Assembly: GCA_035536185.1 (NCBI GenBank)
Contig: DATLOM010000021.1
Coordinates: 41,731 to 105,730 of the forward strand
DNA: 64,000 nucleotides
Direction: 5' to 3'
Source: Acidimicrobiales bacterium
GTDB lineage: Bacteria; Actinomycetota; Acidimicrobiia; Acidimicrobiales; GCA-2861595
Of this stretch, positions 7,285 to 15,325 are shown piece by piece. The notes under the pieces are model-generated. The model did no database searches. It was not told the DNA's origin and saw only the letters and a program-made list of their open reading frames with translations. The position numbers and the translations under genes were made by a program. Position 1 is the stretch's first letter. Each line of letters begins with the position of its first letter.

Positions 7285-9684
7285 ATGTTCTTCGTCTGGA
7301 GGGCCAACCGATCACGCAGTCGAGGCGCCCTGCTGGTGGTCGTCGTCCTGCTCGGCCTGGTCGGCGGGGTCGCCATCGCGTCGGTGGCCGGAGCCCGCCG
7401 CACCGCGTCGACCTTCGATGCCTATCAGGGCGACATCCGTTTCAGCCACGTCGCCGTCAACACCTTCATCCCCGACCTGGAGCGGGTCGAGGCCATCGCC
7501 GCCCTGCCCGGCGTGGAGAGCAGCGCCACCTACCTCGGGCTGAGCGCCTTCCCCCTGCTCGACGGCGAGGTCGTGGAGGACTTCCGTTACACGGGCGTGT
7601 TCGGCAGCCTCGACGGCCGTTTCTTCACCCAGGATCGGGCCACCGTCGTCGATGGCCGGCTCCCCCGGCTCGACGCCACCGACGAGATCGCCTTCACTCC
7701 GGTACAGGCCCGCTTCATGAAGGCCGTGGTCGGGGAGACGGTCACCTACCTCTACAGGGACAACGAGACGCAGGAGGAGCTGGCTCGCACGCAATACGAG
7801 GTCGTCGGCATCGTCCGGCTCCCTCCCGTGCTGGTCGACGAGTACGACATCATCGAGGGGGCGATCCTGCCGCCGGCCGCCACCAGGGAGCGGCTCGACG
7901 CCTTCTATTACGCGTGGCAGGGCATCCGTCTCACCGACGGATTGGACGGGATCGGGCCCTTCCTCCGGCAACTCGAAACCGACCCTGTCGTGTCGCAGCT
8001 GCCTGCGGTGGTCCAGCGGAACGACGAGACGCGGGCCAAGGTGCAGCGTGCGGTGCGGCCCCAGGCCATGGCCCTGGGGTTGTTCGGCGTGACCGCGGCC
8101 CTGGCCGCCATCGCCCTCGCGGCCCAGGCTGCGGCCCGGATCGTCAATCGCTGGTCGGCCGACGCCGCCGTCTTCCGGGCGCTGGGCCTGACCCGCCGGC
8201 AGGTCACGGTCGCTGCCGCCGCTGATGCCGCCATTGCCGTGATGGGTGGCCTTGCCGTGGCGTTCGCGGTCGCGGTGGCGCTCTCACCAATTGCCCCGGT
8301 CGGGGCGGTGCGGGCGTTGGCGCCCGACACGGGTGTTCACGTCGATGGGGCTGCGCTCCCGCTGGGTCTGCTCGTGCTCGGGGTGCCGCTCCTCGCGATG
8401 TGCCTGTGGTTCGGCCGGCGTCTCACCGCTACGAACCACCGGCCCCCGCCGCAACGGCCCCCGTCGGTCGTGTCCGCCGCTGCTCGTACGAACATGCCGC
8501 TGCCGGTCTTCGTCGGCATGAGCCTCGCCTCGCCCGCAGGCCGCGGGCGGGACAACGTGCCGGTCCGGGCCACGATGGTCGGCACGACGGTGGCCATGGC
8601 TGCCACCGTGGCCGCCCTCGTGTTCGCCGCCAGCCTCGGCGACGTGGTCTCTCATCCCCGACGCTACGGCTGGAACTGGGACCAGCTGCTCCTCGAGGAA
8701 GCCGGGTACGGCTCGTTCGCTCCGCCGGTGGTGACCAAGTTGATCGAATCCGAGGAGGACGTCACCGGCTGGTCGTTGCTGGCCTTCGACCAGATGAGCG
8801 TCGACGGCGTGACCGTACCCGCTATCGGGCTGGACCGCCGGGCCGGCGCCGTCGAGCCACCTACCGTCTCCGGCCGCCCCCTCGGCGGCCCTGGAGAGAT
8901 CGCTCTGGGGGTGACCACCCTCTCGCGCATCGGCAAGAAGGTGGGCGACAGGGTGAAGGTGGTCGGCAGCGAGCGGGCCGAGGAGCTCGATGTCGTGGGC
9001 GCGGTCACCTTCCCGGCGATCGGAGTGGGCGGCGCCGACCACACGTCGCTCGGGCGGGGGGCGCTCGTCACCTTCGACGCCCTCAGTCGGCTGAAGACAC
9101 CCGGTGTCGAGTGCATGGAAACCCAGGAGGCCACCTGCCCGAGCGCCATCGCCTTCGACGTGGCGCCGGGGGCGGACGGCGACGCAGTGGCCGAACGCAT
9201 CGCCACGGCGGCGTCCGGCGACACGCCAGGCACCACCTACGCGCAACCGCTGACGCGGCCGGCGGACATCCGCAACTACGAGGAGATGAGCACGGTTCCG
9301 GTCGCCCTGGCGTCGCTCCTCGGCGGGGCGGCGATCGTGGCGCTCATCGTGACGACCCTGGCATCGGTGCGGGCGCGGCGGCGCGAGCTGGGGATCCTCA
9401 AGGCACTCGGCGCTACAGGAGGACTGCTCAGGATGTCGGTCGCCGCCCAGGCGGTGACCATCGCCGCCGGCGCCTGCATCGTCGGCGTACCGGTCGGGAT
9501 CGCGGCAGGACGGGTTTCGTGGATCCGGTTCGCCGAGGTCGTCGGGGTGGTCCCCGTTCCTTCCATCCCGCTATCCACGGCGGCGGTGGCCGTTCTCGCC
9601 GTGGCGGGCGGCGCGCTCCTGTCCGTGGTGCCGGCAACGCTGGCCGCTCGCACCACAGCCGCTCACCAGCTGCGATCCGAATGA
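7285..9684 (+). CDS. ABC transporter permease, FtsX/MacB-type, paralogue of the preceding gene
   Basis: 799 aa. Same architecture and N-terminal motif (LLVVVVLLGLVGGVAIASVAGARRTASTFDAYQ). C-terminal FtsX motif RRELGILKALGATGGLLRMSVAAQ. Confidence 0.9.
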   Translation: MFFVWRANRSRSRGALLVVVVLLGLVGGVAIASVAGARRTASTFDAYQGDIRFSHVAVNTFIPDLERVEAIAALPGVESSATYLGLSAFPLLDGEVVEDFRYTGVFGSLDGRFFTQDRATVVDGRLPRLDATDEIAFTPVQARFMKAVVGETVTYLYRDNETQEELARTQYEVVGIVRLPPVLVDEYDIIEGAILPPAATRERLDAFYYAWQGIRLTDGLDGIGPFLRQLETDPVVSQLPAVVQRNDETRAKVQRAVRPQAMALGLFGVTAALAAIALAAQAAARIVNRWSADAAVFRALGLTRRQVTVAAAADAAIAVMGGLAVAFAVAVALSPIAPVGAVRALAPDTGVHVDGAALPLGLLVLGVPLLAMCLWFGRRLTATNHRPPPQRPPSVVSAAARTNMPLPVFVGMSLASPAGRGRDNVPVRATMVGTTVAMAATVAALVFAASLGDVVSHPRRYGWNWDQLLLEEAGYGSFAPPVVTKLIESEEDVTGWSLLAFDQMSVDGVTVPAIGLDRRAGAVEPPTVSGRPLGGPGEIALGVTTLSRIGKKVGDRVKVVGSERAEELDVVGAVTFPAIGVGGADHTSLGRGALVTFDALSRLKTPGVECMETQEATCPSAIAFDVAPGADGDAVAERIATAASGDTPGTTYAQPLTRPADIRNYEEMSTVPVALASLLGGAAIVALIVTTLASVRARRRELGILKALGATGGLLRMSVAAQAVTIAAGACIVGVPVGIAAGRVSWIRFAEVVGVVPVPSIPLSTAAVAVLAVAGGALLSVVPATLAARTTAAHQLRSE

Positions 9685-9720
9685 GCCAGCCGCAGTCGGG
9701 CGCACGGGTACCGTGCAGGC

Positions 9721-9909
9721 GTGGCCGGGAACAGCATGCTCAAACGACAGGTGTCGCTCGGCGTCGTCGTATGGATAGTGATCGGGGTCATCGTGGCCGC
9801 CCGCGAGAACTTTCTCGACGATCTGGGGTCGCTGTCGAACGTGCTGTCGGCGATCCTCGCCGTGGCCGTGTGGCCGCTAGTCGCCCTCGATGTCCACTTC
9901 GGTATCTGA
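9721..9909 (+). CDS. Small hypothetical membrane protein
   Basis: 62 aa with two hydrophobic helices (LGVVVWIVIGVIVAA; LSAILAVAVWPLVAL). Start uncertain (GTG 9721 or ATG 9736). No family recognised. Confidence 0.35.
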   Translation: MAGNSMLKRQVSLGVVVWIVIGVIVAARENFLDDLGSLSNVLSAILAVAVWPLVALDVHFGI

Positions 9910-10477
9910 CGTCCCAGTCGGATTGGTGGACCTTCGCTTCCGTCCACTTACGCGGGATGACTTCGGCTTGTTGTCGACGTGGCTATCGCGGCCGCACGTG
10001 GAGCCGTGGTGGCGGGAACCGTACGACTTGGCATCGGTCGAGGAGAGATACGGGCCGGCGGTAGACGGGCTCGAGCCCACCGAGGTCTTCGTGGTGGAGC
10101 AGGCAGGCCGGCCGATCGGGATGGTCCAGCGGTACCGGCTCGACGACGAACCCGAATGGCGGCGCGTCATGGAGCCGACGGGCACGCCCCATGAGGCCGC
10201 CGGCATCGACTACCTCATCGGCGAGGAGGGCCTGATCGGCCGGGGCATCGGGACCGAGGTCATCGTTCGTTTCGTGGACGACACCTGGGCCAGGTACCCA
10301 GAGGTGCCGGCCATCGTGGTGAACGTGCAGCAGGACAATCGCCGCTCGTGGCGGGCCCTGGAGAAGGCCGGTTTCTCCCGGTGCTGGGCCGGCGAGCTCG
10401 ACTCCGACGACCCCGGCGACCAGGGCCCCAGCTACGCCTACATCCTGAGCCGGCCGGCCGAGGAAGGCTGCGTCTAG
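9890..10477 (+). CDS. GNAT family N-acetyltransferase (Acetyltransf_8 / AAC(6')- or IucB/MbtK-like)
   Basis: 195 aa. Pattern RPLTRDDFGLLSTWLSRPHVEPWW...IDYLIGEEGLIGRGIG...NRRSWRALEKAGF is typical of this GNAT subgroup. The start may instead be the in-frame TTG/GTG at 9923/9926. Confidence 0.8.
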   Translation: MSTSVSDVPVGLVDLRFRPLTRDDFGLLSTWLSRPHVEPWWREPYDLASVEERYGPAVDGLEPTEVFVVEQAGRPIGMVQRYRLDDEPEWRRVMEPTGTPHEAAGIDYLIGEEGLIGRGIGTEVIVRFVDDTWARYPEVPAIVVNVQQDNRRSWRALEKAGFSRCWAGELDSDDPGDQGPSYAYILSRPAEEGCV

Positions 10478-10502
10478 CGCAGCCCTACGGCAGAATGCAC
10501 CG

Positions 10503-11155
10503 GTGGGAATGCGGGTCCTCGTCACGACGCCTGCGGGGCTCGGCCACGTCCATCCGATGGTGCCTCTGGCGCAGGCGATGGCGGCCCGGGGGCACGACGT
10601 GTTGTGGGGCCTGCCCGCCGCCGCCGTTGACCACGTCGAGCGGGTCGGGATTCGCGCCGTAGGCGCCCGTCCTGTCGAACCTGTCCGACCGGCCGATGTC
10701 CTACGCCTCTACCCCGAGCTGAACGATCTTCCTCCGGCCGACGTACCCGCGTCCTCGTCACCGTGGGCCCGGAGGCGGACCCGGCTTTGTTGGGGCCCCA
10801 GCCGGGCCACGTCCGCGTCGAGCGGTACGTGCCCCAGACCCAGGTGCTGCCGCACTGCGACGTCGTCATCTCCCACGGCGGTTCGGGAACAGCGCTGTCC
10901 ACGCTCGCCCTCGGCTTGCCCCAGCTCTGCCTGCCCCAGGGGGCGGACCAGTTCCTCAACGCGGTGGCGATCGCCTCGGCGGGAGCAGGCATCTCGTTGA
11001 TGCCCGGCGAAGCAGGTGCCGGCACCGTGCGCGACGCGGTGTCCCGGCTCCTCGACGACTCGTCGATCCGCGACCGCGCCCGAGCCGTTAGCGCATCAAT
11101 CGCGTCGATGCCGGCGCCCGAAGAAGTCGCCGAGGTGCTCGAGGAACTGGTCTGA
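10503..11155 (+). pseudogene. MGT/UDP-glycosyltransferase (GT1, macrolide-glycosyltransferase-like) with internal deletion and frame change
   Basis: Track ORF 10503-11000 starts with a GT1 N-terminus (MRVLVTTPAGLGHVHPMVPLAQAMAARGHDVLW) for about 80 aa. A different frame (10763-11155, open from about 10690) carries the GT-B C-terminal half (RVLVTVG...VERYVPQTQVLPHCDVVISHGGSGTALSTLALGLPQLCLPQGADQFLNA). Together they give about 210 aa against about 400 expected. The junction lies near 10735-10750. Confidence 0.75.
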
Positions 11156-11177
11156 CGGCACACAGGGCTTCGATCGG

Positions 11178-11260
11178 CGGAGGGAGTGGGATTTGAACCC
11201 ACGGGACTCTCGTCCAAAGCTTTTCAAGAGCTTCGCATTCGGCCGCTCTGCCATCCCTCC
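11178..11260 (-). tRNA. tRNA-Ser (anticodon UGA)
   Basis: The reverse complement GGAGGGATGGCAGAGCGGCCGAATGCGAAGCTCTTGAAAAGCTTTGGACGAGAGTCCCGTGGGTTCAAATCCCACTCCCTCCG folds as a cloverleaf. Acceptor GGAGGGA/TCCCTCC, anticodon stem AAGCT/AGCTT with loop CTTGAAA, long variable arm, T-arm GTGGG-TTCAAAT-CCCAC. CCA is not encoded. Confidence 0.9.
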
Positions 11261-11286
11261 TGGCCCACCATGGTAGGCCCAGGACC

Positions 11287-12210
11287 TCAGTCGCCGATCT
11301 CGCTCCGCAGCTCGTCGATCCAGTCGGCCGCCGCCGCCCAGCCCGCCTCCATGTCACGACGAATGGCCGGACCGTGCTCGCCGGCGGCTGGATAGGAGCC
11401 GAGGAACTTGATGCCGTCGAGCATGGAGTGCAGGTCCCGCAGGCAGTCGGCTACCACCTCGTCTGCGATATGGCCCTCCAGGTCGATGATGAAGCAGTAG
11501 TTGCCCAGGCCGCGTTTGGTGGGCCTCGACTCCAGCTTGGTCAGGTTGATGTTGCGGGCCGAGAAGGGGCTGAGGATGGCGTGCAGGCTGCCGGGCCGGT
11601 CGGCCTGCTGGAAGCACACGATGCTCGTCTTGTCGTGCCCTGTGGGCGCAGGAACACCGCTGCGGGCCACGAGGACGAAGCGGGTCGAGTTGTCGGGATG
11701 GTCCTCCACGTCGCGGGCGAGCACGTCGAGGCCGTAGAGCTTGGCGGCCAGAGCGGTGCCCAGAGCCGCGGTCCCGGCCGGGCGATCCGTGCCCACCGTC
11801 TGAACCGCGTCAGCCGTGGAGTTGGCCGCCACCACGTCCACCTGGGGCAGGTTGTTGTTGAGCCACCCTCTGCACTGTGCGGTGGCGTGTGGAAAGGACA
11901 CGACCCGCTTGACATCAGCCAGCGCCGTACCCGGCGGCGCCAGCAGGTTCAACCGCACCGCCATCACGACTTCCCGCTGTATCCGCAGCTCGGTGTCGAA
12001 GATCAGCGTGTCCAAGCTGGCGTTGACGGTGCCCTCGATCGAGTTCTCCAGGGCCACGAAACCCAGTTCAGATTCCCCGCCCTGCACGGCGTTGAGAACG
12101 TCGGGCATGGACTTCATGGGGACCAGGTGAGCCTCAGCCAGGTCGGGCTGGGTGAGGAGAGCCTCTTCGGTGAAGGTCCCGGGTGGGCCCAGGAAGGCGA
12201 CACGTGCCAC
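11287..12210 (-). CDS. pheA: Prephenate dehydratase
   Basis: 307 aa. PDT domain (VAFLGPPGTFTEEA...) followed by an ACT domain (SLHAILSPFSARNINLTKLESRPTKRGLGNYCFIIDLEGH). Confidence 0.93.
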   Translation of the reverse strand: MARVAFLGPPGTFTEEALLTQPDLAEAHLVPMKSMPDVLNAVQGGESELGFVALENSIEGTVNASLDTLIFDTELRIQREVVMAVRLNLLAPPGTALADVKRVVSFPHATAQCRGWLNNNLPQVDVVAANSTADAVQTVGTDRPAGTAALGTALAAKLYGLDVLARDVEDHPDNSTRFVLVARSGVPAPTGHDKTSIVCFQQADRPGSLHAILSPFSARNINLTKLESRPTKRGLGNYCFIIDLEGHIADEVVADCLRDLHSMLDGIKFLGSYPAAGEHGPAIRRDMEAGWAAAADWIDELRSEIGD

Positions 12211-12232
12211 AAAGGTGCACGATAGTTAGGGC

Positions 12233-12970
12233 ATGGACGAGGCGACCCTGAGACAGCTGCTGGACGACGTGCGCTCCGGCACGCTGGCGCCCGACGACGC
12301 CGTCCACCGGTTGCGCCGGCTGCCCTTCGCCGACCTCGGCTTCGCCCGCGTCGACCACCACCGCGTTCTGCGCCAGGGCTGGCCCGAGGCCGTCTACGGT
12401 CCGGGCAAGACGGCCCGGCAGTGCGCCGACATAGTGCGCGAGCTCCTGTCCGGCGAGGGAGGCGGTCCGGTGGTGCTCACCCGGGCCAACGCGTCCCAGG
12501 TCACCGCGGCACTCGCATTCAATCGCGGCGGAACCGTGTCGGGCACCACGGTCGTCTGGCGGCCCGCTCCGGAACGCCCTGGACGGATCCTGATAGTCAC
12601 AGCCGGCACGGCCGACGGCCCCGTCGCCGAGGAGTGCACAACGACCCTTGCCGCCTACGGGTTCCGCCCCGAGCTGCTGGCCGACTGCGGCGTGGCCGGA
12701 GTCCACCGCCTCCTGGCCACCTTCGACGATCTCGCCGCCGCCGATGCAGTCGTGGTCGTGGCCGGCATGGAGGGCGCCCTGCCCACTGTGGTCGGGGGGC
12801 TCACGTCCTGCCCGGTGGTGGCCGTTCCCACCAGCGCCGGGTACGGCGCCGCCTTCGACGGGATCACCGCGCTCCTCGGCATGCTCTCCTCGTGCGCCGC
12901 CGGCATCACCGTCGTCGGCATCGACAACGGCTTCGGCGCCGCCTCCGCCGTGGCCCGCCTCCTGCGATGA
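12233..12970 (+). CDS. larB: Nickel-pincer cofactor biosynthesis protein LarB (PurE/AIR-carboxylase-like)
   Basis: 245 aa. ILIVTAGTADGPVAEE...VVVVAGMEGALPTVVGGL...VVAVPTSAGYG is the LarB/NCAIR-mutase-related pattern. Confidence 0.85.
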   Translation: MDEATLRQLLDDVRSGTLAPDDAVHRLRRLPFADLGFARVDHHRVLRQGWPEAVYGPGKTARQCADIVRELLSGEGGGPVVLTRANASQVTAALAFNRGGTVSGTTVVWRPAPERPGRILIVTAGTADGPVAEECTTTLAAYGFRPELLADCGVAGVHRLLATFDDLAAADAVVVVAGMEGALPTVVGGLTSCPVVAVPTSAGYGAAFDGITALLGMLSSCAAGITVVGIDNGFGAASAVARLLR

Positions 12971-12989
12971 CCTCGCCGGCGGTGCCCTG

Positions 12990-14201
12990 ATGGTCCTCGC
13001 CTGGTTCCACTGCTTCGCCGGCATCGCCGGCGACATGGCCCTCGGCAGCCTCGTCGACGCCGGCGCCGGTCTCGACGAGGTCGTCGGCCTGCTCGAGCGG
13101 CTTCCCGTCACCGGGTGGACGCTCGAGGCTCAAGGCGTGCAGCGGGGGGGCATCGCCGCCACCCGCATCCGGGTAGGCGCCGCGGACGACGGCATCGTGC
13201 GCACCCACGCCCACATCCAGGGTGTCATCGAGGAGGCGCGCCTGCCCGACCGCGTTCGGGAACGGGCCCTGGCCACGTTCGCCGCTCTGGCCGACGTGGA
13301 GGGTCGCCTCCACCGCCGCCACCCCTCCCAGGTCCACTTCCACGAGGTGGGCGGCATCGACGCCATCGTCGACATCGTCGGCACCTGCGCCGCCCTGGAG
13401 ATCCTGGAGGTGGACGAGGTGCGCGCCAGTCCGGTGGCCACGGGGACGGGCATGATCCGCAGTGCCCACGGCGCCCTGCCCAACCCCGCCCCGGCCGTGG
13501 TGGCCCTGCTCCAGGGGGCGCCCACCTACGGCCGGGACCTCAACGTGGAGCTCACCACTCCGACCGGCGCGGCGCTGCTGGCCGCCCTCGTCACCACCTA
13601 CGGCCCCCTGCCCGCCATGACCATCGAGCGCAGCGGCTTCGGCGCCGGTTCCAGGGACCTCGACACCCTGCCCAACCTCACCCAGGTGGTGCTGGGCACG
13701 CCCACCGCCGGCGCCGGCGCAGAGCCGGGGCAGCCCGTCATCCTGCTGGAGGCGAACGTGGACGACGCCAGCGGTGAGACCCTCGCCCACGCCGTGAGCG
13801 CCCTTCTCGCCGCCGGCGCCCACGACGCCTGGGTCACGCCGATCGTCATGAAGAAGGGCCGCCCCGCTTACACCGTCGGGGCCCTCGCCGATCCCGCGCT
13901 GGCGGCCCAGGTCGCCCAGGTGCTCCGGGCCGAGACCGGCTCCCTCGGCGTCCGCGGGTCCACCCTGGAACGCTGGCCGGCGGCGCGCACCGAGGCCGAG
14001 GTCGACGTCAACGGCGTACCCGTGCGGGTCAAGGTCAGCGCCGGCCGGATCAAGGTCGAACACGACGACGCCGCCCGCGCCGCCCGCCGCAGCGGCCGCC
14101 CCCTCCGGGAGGTGGTGTCGCGGGCGGAGTCCGAGTTCCACCGCCTCCACCCGGGCCCTCCAGTCGGCTCCGGCGGCGGCCAGGGCGACGAAGCGGGATG
14201 A
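12990..14201 (+). CDS. larC: Nickel insertion protein LarC (DUF111 family)
   Basis: The frame of track ORF 12648-14201 overlaps larB, so I start at in-frame ATG 12990 (MVLAWFHCFAGIAGDMALGSL...). Further motifs: HFHEVGGIDAIVDIVG, MKKGRPA. Confidence 0.88.
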   Translation: MVLAWFHCFAGIAGDMALGSLVDAGAGLDEVVGLLERLPVTGWTLEAQGVQRGGIAATRIRVGAADDGIVRTHAHIQGVIEEARLPDRVRERALATFAALADVEGRLHRRHPSQVHFHEVGGIDAIVDIVGTCAALEILEVDEVRASPVATGTGMIRSAHGALPNPAPAVVALLQGAPTYGRDLNVELTTPTGAALLAALVTTYGPLPAMTIERSGFGAGSRDLDTLPNLTQVVLGTPTAGAGAEPGQPVILLEANVDDASGETLAHAVSALLAAGAHDAWVTPIVMKKGRPAYTVGALADPALAAQVAQVLRAETGSLGVRGSTLERWPAARTEAEVDVNGVPVRVKVSAGRIKVEHDDAARAARRSGRPLREVVSRAESEFHRLHPGPPVGSGGGQGDEAG

Positions 14202-14220
14202 CTCGGGTCAGTGCAGCCGC

Positions 14221-15219
14221 TCAGCCCCGCACGAGCACCGACATCGCCCGCTCGTTGTCGGCCACACCACCCTCGCCCCTGACCGGCCCGACCACGACGG
14301 TGAGCGTCGACGGTCCCCCGAGCACCGGCTTCAGGCCACCGACGGCGACAGCCCGGCGCTGGCCGGGCACCAGGTCCACGAACTCCCGCGCGGTGTCGAC
14401 CTCACCCGCCGGGCCGGTCAGGGTCACCACCACCGGCACACCGGACTCCGGAGCGTTGCCGATGTTGGCCACCACCACCTCTACGCGCAGGGCCCTGACC
14501 AGCGGGAGCACCACGCTGCCGGCGTCGCTCCCCACCGGCTTCGGATCGGTGGCGAAGGTGAGGAGGCCCACATCATGGACGGGGGTGGCGATGGCACTGG
14601 CCCGAAGGGCGGAGACGAAGGCCACCATGGCCGGCCGGTCCCAATCGGCGGGATCTGGGACCCACCTCGACTCCGGCAGGACTCGAGAGGTGCCCCCCTC
14701 CCGGCCGACCAGCTCGACGAAGGTGCGGTACGTCTGGTCGGCGGCGACCATCTCCCGCCCCGCTCTTTCCAGGTCGTCGGCGGCACCCTCCGGAGCACCT
14801 TCGCCGAGGGCGGTACCCAAGGCATCGTCCATGGTGGCCGAGGCGCGGGACCGCAGCACCATGGTCGACACCAGAAGGCTGTGGTTGGTCCTGAGGTCCG
14901 GCGGAGGGTCGAGCCGGCGCACCGCGGCCAGCACCACGGCGGCGTCCCTCCGGACCCGCTCCATCTTGCGGCGGATCCCGTTGCGGCCCAGCTGCGTGGC
15001 CTCCGACCGCACCTGGGTGACGTCGGCGCCCTGCAGGGTCGAGCGCTCCACGTGGGGCCGGAGCTGGTCGACGTAGGCCAGCCGGGCCAGACGCTTCGAC
15101 GGGCTCTTCGAGCTCGACGAATAGCCGGCGTTGACCAGCAGTGCCACAACCGAGAGGACCAGTCCCACGAGCACGAAGCGCGACCTGCGGCGGCGTCGAC
15201 GGCGGGGGGCGAAGGCCAT
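14221..15219 (-). CDS. Hypothetical membrane-anchored protein with a C-terminal beta-sandwich (CARDB-like) segment
   Basis: 332 aa. Arg-rich N-terminus plus one TM (FVLVGLVLSVVALLVNAG). C-terminal VEVVVANIGNAPESGVPVVVTL resembles the CARDB pattern. Overlapping same-strand ORFs in other frames are judged spurious. Confidence 0.55.
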   Translation of the reverse strand: MAFAPRRRRRRRSRFVLVGLVLSVVALLVNAGYSSSSKSPSKRLARLAYVDQLRPHVERSTLQGADVTQVRSEATQLGRNGIRRKMERVRRDAAVVLAAVRRLDPPPDLRTNHSLLVSTMVLRSRASATMDDALGTALGEGAPEGAADDLERAGREMVAADQTYRTFVELVGREGGTSRVLPESRWVPDPADWDRPAMVAFVSALRASAIATPVHDVGLLTFATDPKPVGSDAGSVVLPLVRALRVEVVVANIGNAPESGVPVVVTLTGPAGEVDTAREFVDLVPGQRRAVAVGGLKPVLGGPSTLTVVVGPVRGEGGVADNERAMSVLVRG

Positions 15220-15325
15220 CGCAAGGCCACGCTAGCGACCGTCGCCGCACATGGTCCCCGGGGACTCATGGAGGTGATGGCTCCACCGGACCGGCTGGAC
15301 CGTCACGTAGTCTCGTCCGAAGGAG

